The notes below the pieces were generated by a model, which worked only from the letters and a program-made list of their open reading frames with translations, was not told where the DNA came from and made no database searches. A stretch of 64,000 nt of DNA from Nanobdellota archaeon. Its GTDB lineage: Archaea > Nanobdellota > Nanobdellia > Pacearchaeales > GW2011-AR1. The position numbers and the translations under genes were made by a program. Position 1 is the first letter of the stretch. Each line of letters begins with the position of its first letter. The stretch spans positions 19,065 to 83,064 of the forward strand of contig JAUYMA010000004.1 of NCBI GenBank assembly GCA_030698805.1, given 5' to 3'. This document shows positions 18,558-26,124 of this stretch, piece after piece.

Positions 18558-19453
18558 ATGATAATTGAGTCCAAGTCTTTAACTAAGATTGAATTCTTGA
18601 AGAAATTTTTAGCCTCATTAAGAATTATTTTAGGATTATGTTCGTACCGCTGCGATAGATGGGTCAAGACCAACTTCTTTGCGCTTGCTTTCTTGGCAAT
18701 TTGCGCGGCTTCTTGAGCAGTCAAATGCTTATATTCTTTAGCTTGCCCGATTTCTGTAGAAGAAAAACTAGCTTCGCTCACCAATAAATCTGCTCCTTTG
18801 GCAATAGAAAAGGCTTTATCATTTAAAGCGCTATCCAAGATGAAAACTACCTTCTTGCCTTTATCTGTATAAGAAACGTCCTTAACTTTAATCTTCTTTC
18901 CATTAAAGACAATATCTTTGCCCTGTTGAAGGTCCTTCAATAAAGGAGAATTAGGTAATTTTAGCTTCTTTAATTTACTTTTATCAAGTCTCCTTTTATC
19001 TTTGAGAATAAAGCTATATGCATTGCAAGGTATTCCATGTTCCATATTTTGGGCCTCTAATAAGAACTCATTGCGGTCAATAAAAACGCCTGGACCAATT
19101 TCATTTACTTCCACTCTTATCTTTAATCCAAATATCATAGATTCAACTAAAGAAAACATTTTTTTAGTGCCTTTGGGCCCATATATCTTGAGAACTCCTT
19201 TATATTCAGACATGGCGAGGGTCTGCAACAGACCTGGCAAGCCTAAAACGTGATCTCCATGCCAATGCGTTATTAAAATTCTTGTAAGTTTGCAAGGACT
19301 TATGCCTGCATAGCGAAATTGCCTTTGTGTGCCTTCTCCGCAATCTATTAGAATATTCTCGTCTCTAAAACTTAACAAAATAGAAGTATGATTCCTCATC
19401 TTAGTAGGAATTGCATTACCTGTTCCTAAAAATGTAAGCTTAATGTTTTCCAT
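18554..19453 (-). CDS. rnz: ribonuclease Z (tRNA 3' endonuclease, metallo-beta-lactamase fold)
   Basis: LTFLGTGNAIPT...ITHWHGDHVLGLPGLL (HxHxDH). Start trimmed to MENIKLTFLG (ATG 19453). Confidence 0.9.
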   Translation of the reverse strand: MENIKLTFLGTGNAIPTKMRNHTSILLSFRDENILIDCGEGTQRQFRYAGISPCKLTRILITHWHGDHVLGLPGLLQTLAMSEYKGVLKIYGPKGTKKMFSLVESMIFGLKIRVEVNEIGPGVFIDRNEFLLEAQNMEHGIPCNAYSFILKDKRRLDKSKLKKLKLPNSPLLKDLQQGKDIVFNGKKIKVKDVSYTDKGKKVVFILDSALNDKAFSIAKGADLLVSEASFSSTEIGQAKEYKHLTAQEAAQIAKKASAKKLVLTHLSQRYEHNPKIILNEAKNFFKNSILVKDLDSIII

Positions 19454-19547
19454 ATGCCAGAAAACATATTTTAATTTATATATGTTGCTAAACCTGCTAA
19501 CTTTCTCAAGAAGCAAGGTTTAAAAGAAATAAAGTCCTTAAGTTATA

Positions 19548-19898
19548 ATGGTAAAAAAAAGAGTAATAAAATTTTTCACATTCCTTTTTCTATTTGCTAT
19601 TTGCCTAGTTTTAATCCAAACAATGTTATTTGGGAAAATCTACATCTTGAAGGGATCTCCGCTGGAGTCAGAGAATTTTAAAGAGCCAGAATTGCCCACG
19701 GCCAAAACTTCTATAATGACTTCTTTTGCGATTGCAGAAGAAGGAGGGGCCGATTTCTCCATGTTCACAATTATTATTTTGTCAGGTATTTTATTTATTA
19801 TAGTTATAAAGTTTATTTATAGCCATGACAAGAGAATAAAAAATGAATTTATTTCTAGCAGAACTGATAGAGGCTTAATAAAGTTAGATCTCCCATAA
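19548..19898 (+). CDS. hypothetical membrane protein (two TM)
   Basis: 116-aa ORF with N-terminal and central hydrophobic helices. Confidence 0.4.
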   Translation: MVKKRVIKFFTFLFLFAICLVLIQTMLFGKIYILKGSPLESENFKEPELPTAKTSIMTSFAIAEEGGADFSMFTIIILSGILFIIVIKFIYSHDKRIKNEFISSRTDRGLIKLDLP

Positions 19899-19902
19899 TT
19901 TT

Positions 19903-20307
19903 CTAATCTGCAAAGCATTCTTTAGGCAACCTATATAAAATTTCATTTTCTAATTTCATATGTTCTCTTAAATTTTTGATCATTTTCAGGCCTGAACTCG
20001 TTAATGCTTCTTTCATTTTAATTTCGCTCCCAGAACCTAAAGCCTCAAGTAAGTCTTTTTTGTACCTTTTCAGCTTTCCGCATGAAAATAGTATTGGATG
20101 GTAAGGAATACCATACCCTTTTTCCTTTAATTTTTTAAATAAGAATTTTTCCTCTCCCTCATGCCAGTCCCACAATTCATTGACTTTTTTAAAAGTATGG
20201 GTAAAATTGGGGTAATTTATATCTTCTTCAGAAATAATAACTTCTAATTCCAGAAGATCCTGTTCTATCTGATCATGAATTTTCTTTAATTCATTTATGT
20301 TCAGCAT
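19903..20307 (-). CDS. hypothetical helical protein (possibly hemerythrin-like; weak)
   Basis: Start trimmed to MLNINELKK (ATG 20307). H/E-rich helices (WDWHEGEEKFLF, LREHMKLENEIL) are suggestive only. Confidence 0.3.
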   Translation of the reverse strand: MLNINELKKIHDQIEQDLLELEVIISEEDINYPNFTHTFKKVNELWDWHEGEEKFLFKKLKEKGYGIPYHPILFSCGKLKRYKKDLLEALGSGSEIKMKEALTSSGLKMIKNLREHMKLENEILYRLPKECFAD

Positions 20308-20369
20308 ATAGATAACAAGAAAAGAAGTATAAAAACTCTCGCCCTTCAATAAATCACAGGATAACAACG

Positions 20370-20377
20370 TTTAAATA
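20370..20377 (+). promoter_or_regulatory. TATA-like box (TTTAAATA) at -31..-24 of tRNA-Arg(TCT)
   Basis: Fixed spacing shared by all nine tRNA genes. Confidence 0.45.
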
Positions 20378-20400
20378 ATATTTTTTGAGTATATTTTCAT

Positions 20401-20475
20401 GCTCCCATAGCTCAGCCTGGATAGAGCACCGGACTTCTAATCCGGGGGTCGCAGGTTCAAATCCTGTTGGGAGCG
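20401..20475 (+). tRNA. tRNA-Arg (anticodon TCT)
   Basis: Acceptor GCTCCCA/TGGGAGC, D GCTC/GAGC, anticodon stem CCGGA/TCCGG, loop CTTCTAA, T arm GCAGG-TTCAAAT-CCTGT, discriminator G. Confidence 0.9.
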
Positions 20476-20476
20476 C

Positions 20477-20485
20477 TTTCTTTTT
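20477..20485 (+). terminator. oligo-T tract directly after tRNA-Arg (archaeal-type termination signal)
   Basis: tttcttttt begins 2 nt after the discriminator base. Confidence 0.35.
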
Positions 20486-20572
20486 ATTAAAAAGGATTTG
20501 AATATTGAATAGGAGTTATTGAACCTCGGTTCAATCTGTCGGGAGTGTTTATTCACATTAAAATTCTAAAAG

Positions 20573-20580
20573 TTTAAAAG
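20573..20580 (+). promoter_or_regulatory. TATA-like box (TTTAAAAG) at -31..-24 of tRNA-Cys
   Basis: Fixed spacing shared by all nine tRNA genes. Confidence 0.45.
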
Positions 20581-20603
20581 CTCTAGAAAGTATTCTGCCC
20601 CGT

Positions 20604-20676
20604 GCGCACGTGGCACAATGGTTACTGCGGTCGGTTGCAGCCCGACTTCTTCCAGGTTCGATTCCTGGCGTGCGCT
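20604..20676 (+). tRNA. tRNA-Cys (anticodon GCA)
   Basis: Acceptor GCGCACG/CGTGCGC, anticodon stem GTCGG/CCGAC, loop TTGCAGC, T arm CCAGG-TTCGATT-CCTGG, discriminator U as expected for Cys. Confidence 0.9.
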
Positions 20677-20737
20677 TCTGCCCCTATCCATAAATTTATA
20701 AGGCTAAAAGGCAAGTGTATGAATACAAGGAGGAAAC

Positions 20738-20887
20738 ATGGCAACACAAGGATATTGCGTAAAGTGCAAGATGAAGGTTGATATAAAGGACCCTGTAGAG
20801 TCCACAACTTCTAAAGGCACCAAAATTGCAAAAGGAAAGTGTCCAAACTGCGGTACAACTGTATGCAGGATGGGCGGATTAAAGTAA
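20738..20887 (+). CDS. small zinc-ribbon protein (DUF5679-like, 49 aa)
   Basis: Hand translation: MATQGYCVKCKMKVDIKDPVESTTSKGTKIAKGKCPNCGTTVCRMGGLK. The CxxC...CxxC layout recalls this family. GGAGGA lies 7-8 nt upstream of the ATG. Confidence 0.55.
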   Translation: MATQGYCVKCKMKVDIKDPVESTTSKGTKIAKGKCPNCGTTVCRMGGLK

Positions 20888-20944
20888 AGTTATTTTTTAA
20901 TTTATTTTATTTTTAGAATAGTTTAAATAGAAGTTTTTTGAGTT

Positions 20945-22507
20945 ATGAATATGACAGATAGGGCGTCAAAGGAATCTAATGATGAAAATAAAGCTGCAAA
21001 GGAGCAGGCTACAAAGGAATTTACTAGTTTTGTTCAAGATAAAGGATTAATCTGGGGTCCAGAGCCAGAAATATATGGGGGCTTGGCAGGATTTTATACT
21101 TATGGCCCTATGGGGAAACTACTAAAGAACAAAGTTGAGAATTCTGTAAGAAGAATATTCCAAAGTAATGAGCTATGGGAATTAGAGGGCCCTACAATAA
21201 TGCCAGACATAGTCTGGAAAGCTTCAGGCCATTTAGATACTTTTAATGATCCTATAATTTACACTAAAGATAAGAAAGAATCTTATCGTGCAGACAAACT
21301 TCTAGAAGAAAAGGGTATAAAAATTGATAAATTTGATGATACCTTCTTGCTTGAATTGATTAAGAAACATAAAATAAAATCTCCAAATGGAAAAGAATTG
21401 GAGCTGAATATTGAAAGACAAAGTCTCATGTTAAAAACTAAAGTGGCTGGCACAGAAGCTTCGATGAGGCCTGAAACTGCAACTGTAACCTATCTACCTT
21501 TTCCAAGATTCTTTAATTTCTTCAGAAGGCAGCTTCCTATAGGAGTTTTCCAGATTGGAAAAGCTTACAGAAATGAAATTTCTCCAAGGCAAAGCGTGAT
21601 TAGGGGAAGAGAATTTACACAAGCAGAAGGGCAACTATTCTTAGATCCTTTGAAAAAAAATAATTGGGAAAAATACAATTCTATCAAGGAGTTAAAATTG
21701 CCCTTTTGGACAAAAGAACAACAGAAAGAAGGCAAGGACCCTATAGATATAACAATTAAACAAGCTATAGACAAAAACCACGTTAAAAGTCAGGCTTATG
21801 TCTGGTGTCTCTGGCTTGCTTACAACCAATTTGTTTCGATGGGTATTCCTGCTGAGAGAATTAGATTAAGACAGCATCTAGATGACGAAAAAGCATTCTA
21901 TGCAGATGATGCTTGGGACATTGAAATAAAACTCAACTCTTTGGGATGGACTGAATGTTGTGGAGTTCATGATCGAACCGATTACGACTTAAAACAACAC
22001 TCAAAGTTTTCAGGTCAAAAGTTAGAGGCAATTAGAGAAAATGGGGAGAGATTTGTACCCCATGTATTAGAGATCGCTTTTGGTACTGACCGGCCCACAT
22101 ATGCCTTAATAGACTTATTTTATGAAAAAAAGAGCGAAGAAGAAGGAAAAACAGTATTTAAAATTCCATATCACATGGCCCCTGTAGACGTCTCAATTTT
22201 TCCTTTAATGAAAAAAACTGAACTTATAGAGGTAGCAGAACAAGTAAAGAAAGAAATAGAAAAGTTTTATGTCGTAGATTATGATTTAACAGGTAGTATT
22301 GGTAGGAGATATCTAAGAAGCGCCACAGTGGGGACACCTTTTGCAATAACTATTGATTATGATAGCCTAGAAAAGAAAGATGTAACTTTAAGGGACAGAG
22401 ATAGTGAAAAACAAATAAGAGTCAAAATCTCGGAACTGTTGGATACTTTAAGAAAACTGATTAACTCTCAAATATCTTTCGAAAAAGCAGGTTCTTCTGT
22501 CAAATAA
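20945..22507 (+). CDS. glyS: glycyl-tRNA synthetase (archaeal/eukaryotic alpha2 type)
   Basis: 520 aa. GLAGFYTYGPMGKLLKNKV, FRNEISPR..VIRGREFTQAE (class II motif 2) and a C-terminal anticodon-binding domain. Confidence 0.95.
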   Translation: MNMTDRASKESNDENKAAKEQATKEFTSFVQDKGLIWGPEPEIYGGLAGFYTYGPMGKLLKNKVENSVRRIFQSNELWELEGPTIMPDIVWKASGHLDTFNDPIIYTKDKKESYRADKLLEEKGIKIDKFDDTFLLELIKKHKIKSPNGKELELNIERQSLMLKTKVAGTEASMRPETATVTYLPFPRFFNFFRRQLPIGVFQIGKAYRNEISPRQSVIRGREFTQAEGQLFLDPLKKNNWEKYNSIKELKLPFWTKEQQKEGKDPIDITIKQAIDKNHVKSQAYVWCLWLAYNQFVSMGIPAERIRLRQHLDDEKAFYADDAWDIEIKLNSLGWTECCGVHDRTDYDLKQHSKFSGQKLEAIRENGERFVPHVLEIAFGTDRPTYALIDLFYEKKSEEEGKTVFKIPYHMAPVDVSIFPLMKKTELIEVAEQVKKEIEKFYVVDYDLTGSIGRRYLRSATVGTPFAITIDYDSLEKKDVTLRDRDSEKQIRVKISELLDTLRKLINSQISFEKAGSSVK

Positions 22508-22521
22508 TCCCTTGAGTTAAA

Positions 22522-22529
22522 TTTAAAAC
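22522..22529 (+). promoter_or_regulatory. TATA-like box (TTTAAAAC) at -31..-24 of tRNA-Leu
   Basis: Fixed spacing shared by all nine tRNA genes. Confidence 0.45.
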
Positions 22530-22552
22530 CATTATATTGATAGGTTCTTTAT

Positions 22553-22636
22553 GCGGGGATGCCAGAGTGGTCTAATGGGACGGATTTAGGCTCCGTTGGC
22601 TCAGTGCCTTCCTAGGTTCAAATCCTAGTCCCCGCA
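22553..22636 (+). tRNA. tRNA-Leu (anticodon TAG), long variable arm
   Basis: Acceptor GCGGGGA/TCCCCGC, anticodon stem ACGGA/TCCGT, loop TTTAGGC, variable arm TGGCTCAGTGCCTTC, T arm CTAGG-TTCAAAT-CCTAG, discriminator A. Confidence 0.9.
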
Positions 22637-22722
22637 TTTACATTTCTGGCATTTTCATGTGATGTGAAACCAGATGAATCTTTAAATCTTAGTTTTCTCT
22701 TAAATTGAATATAAATAATACC

Positions 22723-23253
22723 ATGAAAAAAATAATATTCTTTGATGCAGATGGAACTCTTTGGTATCCAAGAGAAACTAAGTATGAACAACACCCAGTT
22801 TGGATTTATAGAACGTACATCAATGAACATGAGGCGAGAAAAAGATTCGTTATCGTACCTACCGTTCTTAAAACTTTAAAGAAGCTAAAGGGGCTGAAAA
22901 TTAAGCTGATTCTATTGTCCACACATCCAAAATCTCCAAAAGAAGCGAACCCTATGCTAAAAAGGTCTCTGGAATATCACAAGCTAACTAATCTATTTGA
23001 TGAAGTCCATGCTACAAAAGACCATTATGAATCCAAAGGAGAATTTATTCTGAGTATATTAAAAAAATACAAATTAAAAAAGAAAGAGGCTTTGATGGTT
23101 GGAGATAGTTATGAATGGGACTATAAACCCGCTAGAGATGTTGGCGTAGAAGCACTATTAATTAAAACTAATTATAAAAAGAATCATCCAAGTACCAAAA
23201 AAGTTAGAAGAACAATTCGTAGGCTAAAAGATATATTTGAATTTCTAAAGTAA
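22723..23253 (+). CDS. HAD-superfamily hydrolase
   Basis: Motif I FFDADGTLW at the N-terminus; motif IV-like VGDSYEWD. Start moved to ATG 22723. Confidence 0.75.
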   Translation: MKKIIFFDADGTLWYPRETKYEQHPVWIYRTYINEHEARKRFVIVPTVLKTLKKLKGLKIKLILLSTHPKSPKEANPMLKRSLEYHKLTNLFDEVHATKDHYESKGEFILSILKKYKLKKKEALMVGDSYEWDYKPARDVGVEALLIKTNYKKNHPSTKKVRRTIRRLKDIFEFLK

Positions 23254-23285
23254 TATACTGCAAGGAGAATATTCTTAATCTCATC

Positions 23286-23323
23286 AGGATGCCAAAAACT
23301 TGGAGTCTTTAGTCCCCGCATTT
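23286..23323 (+). pseudogene. collapsed tRNA-Leu-like remnant / direct repeat of the tRNA-Leu 3' end
   Basis: aggatgccaaaaacttggagtctttagtccccgcattt. ggatgcca matches tRNA-Leu positions 5-12. tagtccccgcattt (23310-23323) is an exact 14-nt copy of 22626-22639 (the tRNA 3' end plus 3 flanking nt). Confidence 0.35.
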
Positions 23324-23392
23324 CATCTAAAAATATATCAAAACACGATGCGCCACCACCTCCTTTAGGATGTAGTTTGAAGAAGCGCTCGT

Positions 23393-23503
23393 GCCATCAA
23401 AAACTGAAAGTTTTTGAGGCCGTCTCAAGAATAAAATATTCTTGAGGTTTGGATGCTCAAGGAGTCACCACGTCTTTTAAGACGTGGTTTTCTAAGACTC
23501 CTT
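23393..23503 (+). other. hairpin-dense non-coding segment (candidate structured RNA or protein-binding palindromes)
   Basis: Three near-perfect hairpins in 111 nt. H1 23393-23420: gcc-a-tcaaaaact/gaa/agtttttga-ggc. H2 23424-23446: ctcaagaata/aaa/tattcttgag. H3 23459-23503: outer aaggagtc/gactcctt enclosing accacgtctt/tt/aagacgtggt. Confidence 0.3.
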
Positions 23504-23544
23504 AACATAATAATATTTAATAACTATTAATTTAGTTCAGAACC

Positions 23545-24636
23545 ATGAGAAAAAAGATTTTATTTCTTTATAATGGGGGAACTATTGGCCAAGTTCCGGA
23601 AAAAAAAGAAGATGGCTCTTCCGTACTCGTGCCTCCAAAAAACTCTGAAGTGTTCAGAATAGCCTGCGAACCAATAATCAACGAACTAAACCAGGATTCT
23701 GAAATAATCTTTGAACACGTCACCTCCAAAGACAGTACAAATATGACTCCAAATGACTGGGAAAAATTGATATTTCGAATTAAAAAGGCTCAAGAGGAAG
23801 AGAAGTATGATGGAGTAGCCATTGCCCATGGTACCGATACTTTAGCATATACTTCAACCGCATTATCTCTTGCCTTGCATGGAAAATATCCTACAAAAAC
23901 AGGGCTAAAAATACCTATATGTATAACCGGCGCGCAAAATCCAATTTATCAGCCTGGAGGAGATGGAAGATTCAACCTAGAAAATCTATTTAGAACATTG
24001 AATAAGGCGATAGACACGGGCATTGCTGATGTGATGGTTAATTTTTGGGATAAAGTCTTTTTAGGAAGTAGAATATTGAAAGTGAGTGAAAAAGACTTTG
24101 ATGCTTTTAATTCTCCAAGTTTTCCTCCCGTAGGGACCATTGATGCTAAAGGAGTTACCTTGGACACTAGATTACTCAAGAAAAAATCTAATGCAGAAGA
24201 TAAGATTATGCTAGCGCCAAAATTTGGCAGAGGCGTTATAAGTTTTGAATTAACTCCTGGAACTGATCCAAATGTCGTCCTTGGTTTTATAACAAATGGC
24301 GGAATTTCCGCTCTAATCTTAAAATCTTTAGGAGAAGGTAATGTTTGTAATGAAGGTCAGTATAATCTTATACCTGTAATAAAACAAGCTTCTGAAGAAT
24401 ATTTGACCCCTATATTTATTACAACGAAATTTGTATCGGGGGGAGCGGGCGCAGCACATTACTCAACAGGATATGAACCAATTAAAGCAGGAGGCATTCC
24501 TTGTTATGATCATACCGATATCGCGGTAGATGTCAAAGTTAGATGGTTAATAGGTAACTCTATGTGTTCTTCAATTGAAGATTACAAAAAAGCTATGAAA
24601 ACTAGTTATGCTGGAGAAGTTACAGCTCAACTCTGA
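23545..24636 (+). CDS. L-asparaginase family protein (type I / GatD-like core)
   Basis: YNGGTIGQ (nucleophile Thr) and AHGTDTLAYTS motifs, 363 aa. Confidence 0.75.
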   Translation: MRKKILFLYNGGTIGQVPEKKEDGSSVLVPPKNSEVFRIACEPIINELNQDSEIIFEHVTSKDSTNMTPNDWEKLIFRIKKAQEEEKYDGVAIAHGTDTLAYTSTALSLALHGKYPTKTGLKIPICITGAQNPIYQPGGDGRFNLENLFRTLNKAIDTGIADVMVNFWDKVFLGSRILKVSEKDFDAFNSPSFPPVGTIDAKGVTLDTRLLKKKSNAEDKIMLAPKFGRGVISFELTPGTDPNVVLGFITNGGISALILKSLGEGNVCNEGQYNLIPVIKQASEEYLTPIFITTKFVSGGAGAAHYSTGYEPIKAGGIPCYDHTDIAVDVKVRWLIGNSMCSSIEDYKKAMKTSYAGEVTAQL

Positions 24637-24728
24637 TATTCAATTCTGGATAATTCTATCACTTGTATGACTTTCTTTCAGAATTCTCTATAACAAAGAA
24701 TTTTAAACAAACTTTCCTTCTATTAAGT

Positions 24729-25781
24729 ATGGTTAAATTTACAGTTTTTTCACAGCCCAAAAAGATCTATTCCAAAATGCTCCAAGATATCAAGGAAGCG
24801 AGAAAATACATATATCTTGAGACTTACATTTATAATCAAGATGCAATAGGGGCCGCTTTCAGGGACGCTTTGATAAAAAAAGCAAGGCAAGGTGTGCAAG
24901 TCAGGCTATTATTAGATTCTTGGGGGTCGACTGCTAAAAAGAAATATTTTAGATCCCTTATAGAAGCAGGCGGAGAAGTCAAATATTTTCGAGAGCTACG
25001 ATACGTTCTAAGGGCATTTAACAAGAATCATGAAAGAAATCATCGTAAACTTTTGGTCATCGATAATCGAATATCTTATGTGGGTTCGGCCAATATAACC
25101 TCTTCTTGTTTAAAATGGAGGGAGTTAGTGATAAGAATCAGGGGTTCGCTTTCGCCTACTCTAGCAAAATCATTTAAGCATAATTGGAGAAGCTCAGATC
25201 ACTTCGCAGAAGAAAAAGTGCAGGAATTACTCCATCATAGCTTCGAGATTCTTCAAGACCTCCCTTCCCCATTAAGGCGCAAAACTGAAAGAAGATACAC
25301 TAGTTTGATAAAACAAGCAAAAAAAAGCATTTTTATCATCACTCCCTATTTTATTCCGTCTGTAGGCATCAGAAGAGCCTTCGCAGAAGCTGCAAAAAAC
25401 GGAGTGAAGATAAAGATTGTCATCCCCCATATATCAGATGTCCGTATAGTCGATATTGTAAGGAACAGATACATTGGAAGTTTGCACAAAAAAGGCCTGG
25501 AATTTTATTATTATAAGCCTGAGACTCTGCATTCTAAGCTCTTAATTGTTGACGAGGAATTCTTCCTTCTAGGCTCATCAAATCTAGACTACCGAAGTTT
25601 CCTTCACCAATATGAATTAAACATCCTAGGCAAAGATAAAAAAATAATAATTGCATTGGTAGACTATTTTGAGAAAACCTTAAAGAACACTATTCCTTTC
25701 AGCTATCTGGAATGGAAAAATCGATCATCCTTTATAAGAACCATAGAAAGACTTATTGCACGAATTGCAAAATACCTATAA
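24729..25781 (+). CDS. phospholipase D-family protein with two HKD motifs (cardiolipin-synthase-like)
   Basis: HRKLLVIDNRISYVGSANI and HSKLLIVDEEFFLLGSSNLD. Start moved to ATG 24729. No N-terminal TM segment in that version. Confidence 0.75.
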   Translation: MVKFTVFSQPKKIYSKMLQDIKEARKYIYLETYIYNQDAIGAAFRDALIKKARQGVQVRLLLDSWGSTAKKKYFRSLIEAGGEVKYFRELRYVLRAFNKNHERNHRKLLVIDNRISYVGSANITSSCLKWRELVIRIRGSLSPTLAKSFKHNWRSSDHFAEEKVQELLHHSFEILQDLPSPLRRKTERRYTSLIKQAKKSIFIITPYFIPSVGIRRAFAEAAKNGVKIKIVIPHISDVRIVDIVRNRYIGSLHKKGLEFYYYKPETLHSKLLIVDEEFFLLGSSNLDYRSFLHQYELNILGKDKKIIIALVDYFEKTLKNTIPFSYLEWKNRSSFIRTIERLIARIAKYL

Positions 25782-25817
25782 TTCTATTCAATAAAAACTT
25801 AAATACTGGATTGATTA

Positions 25818-26117
25818 ATGATAAAAATGAAAAGTCTTCAGTATCTTGCATCAAGTAATCATGTTAAGGTAAATCATGTATTAGAAGCTATTGAGGAATT
25901 CGCCACGAAAGGTGTTTCTTTTGATGTTAATCTGACAAAAAGAGTAATTGACAAGGCCCCATTGGAGTGGCGGCATTTAACCACTCTAAGAGGTTATTTT
26001 ACTCAAGGATTAAATAAAAGAATGGATTCTCCTCTTGAGTGTCAGCCGGAAACTCAGGATTATCATCTCCTTTTAAACTACATTCGCCAGAAAATAGATG
26101 AAAGATTCATAGGATGA
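25818..26117 (+). CDS. hypothetical protein
   Basis: 99-aa ORF convergent with the giant gene. No motif recognised. Confidence 0.3.
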   Translation: MIKMKSLQYLASSNHVKVNHVLEAIEEFATKGVSFDVNLTKRVIDKAPLEWRHLTTLRGYFTQGLNKRMDSPLECQPETQDYHLLLNYIRQKIDERFIG

Positions 26118-26124
26118 TCCTTTC

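Noticed and set aside
20622-20807. 61-aa minus-strand ORF.
   Set aside because: It overlaps tRNA-Cys (20604-20676) and the start of the plus-strand zinc-ribbon gene, so it is spurious.
20401-23323. Integrated mobile element or provirus at the tRNA-Arg/tRNA-Cys/tRNA-Leu cluster.
   Set aside because: tRNA-fragment repeats exist, but the enclosed genes are glyS, a zinc-ribbon gene and a HAD hydrolase. No integrase, capsid, replication or transposase genes are present. Only the scar-like repeats are reported.
23488-23500. 13-mer ttttctaagactc is repeated at 45656-45668. A nearby acgtctttt is also shared (23470-23478 and 45626-45634), which suggested a shared regulatory or sRNA motif.
   Set aside because: Chance repeats of 13 nt are expected many times in 64 kb of AT-rich DNA on two strands. 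The spacing to downstream genes differs, and no C/D-box geometry (RUGAUGA/CUGA pairs) is present.
23459-23507. Hairpin H3 followed by ACA (23505-23507), considered as a possible H/ACA guide RNA (Nop10 is encoded in the window).
   Set aside because: There is no two-sided pseudouridylation pocket, since the internal loop is only on the 3' side. There is also no K-turn/K-loop GA motif in the upper stem or apical loop.
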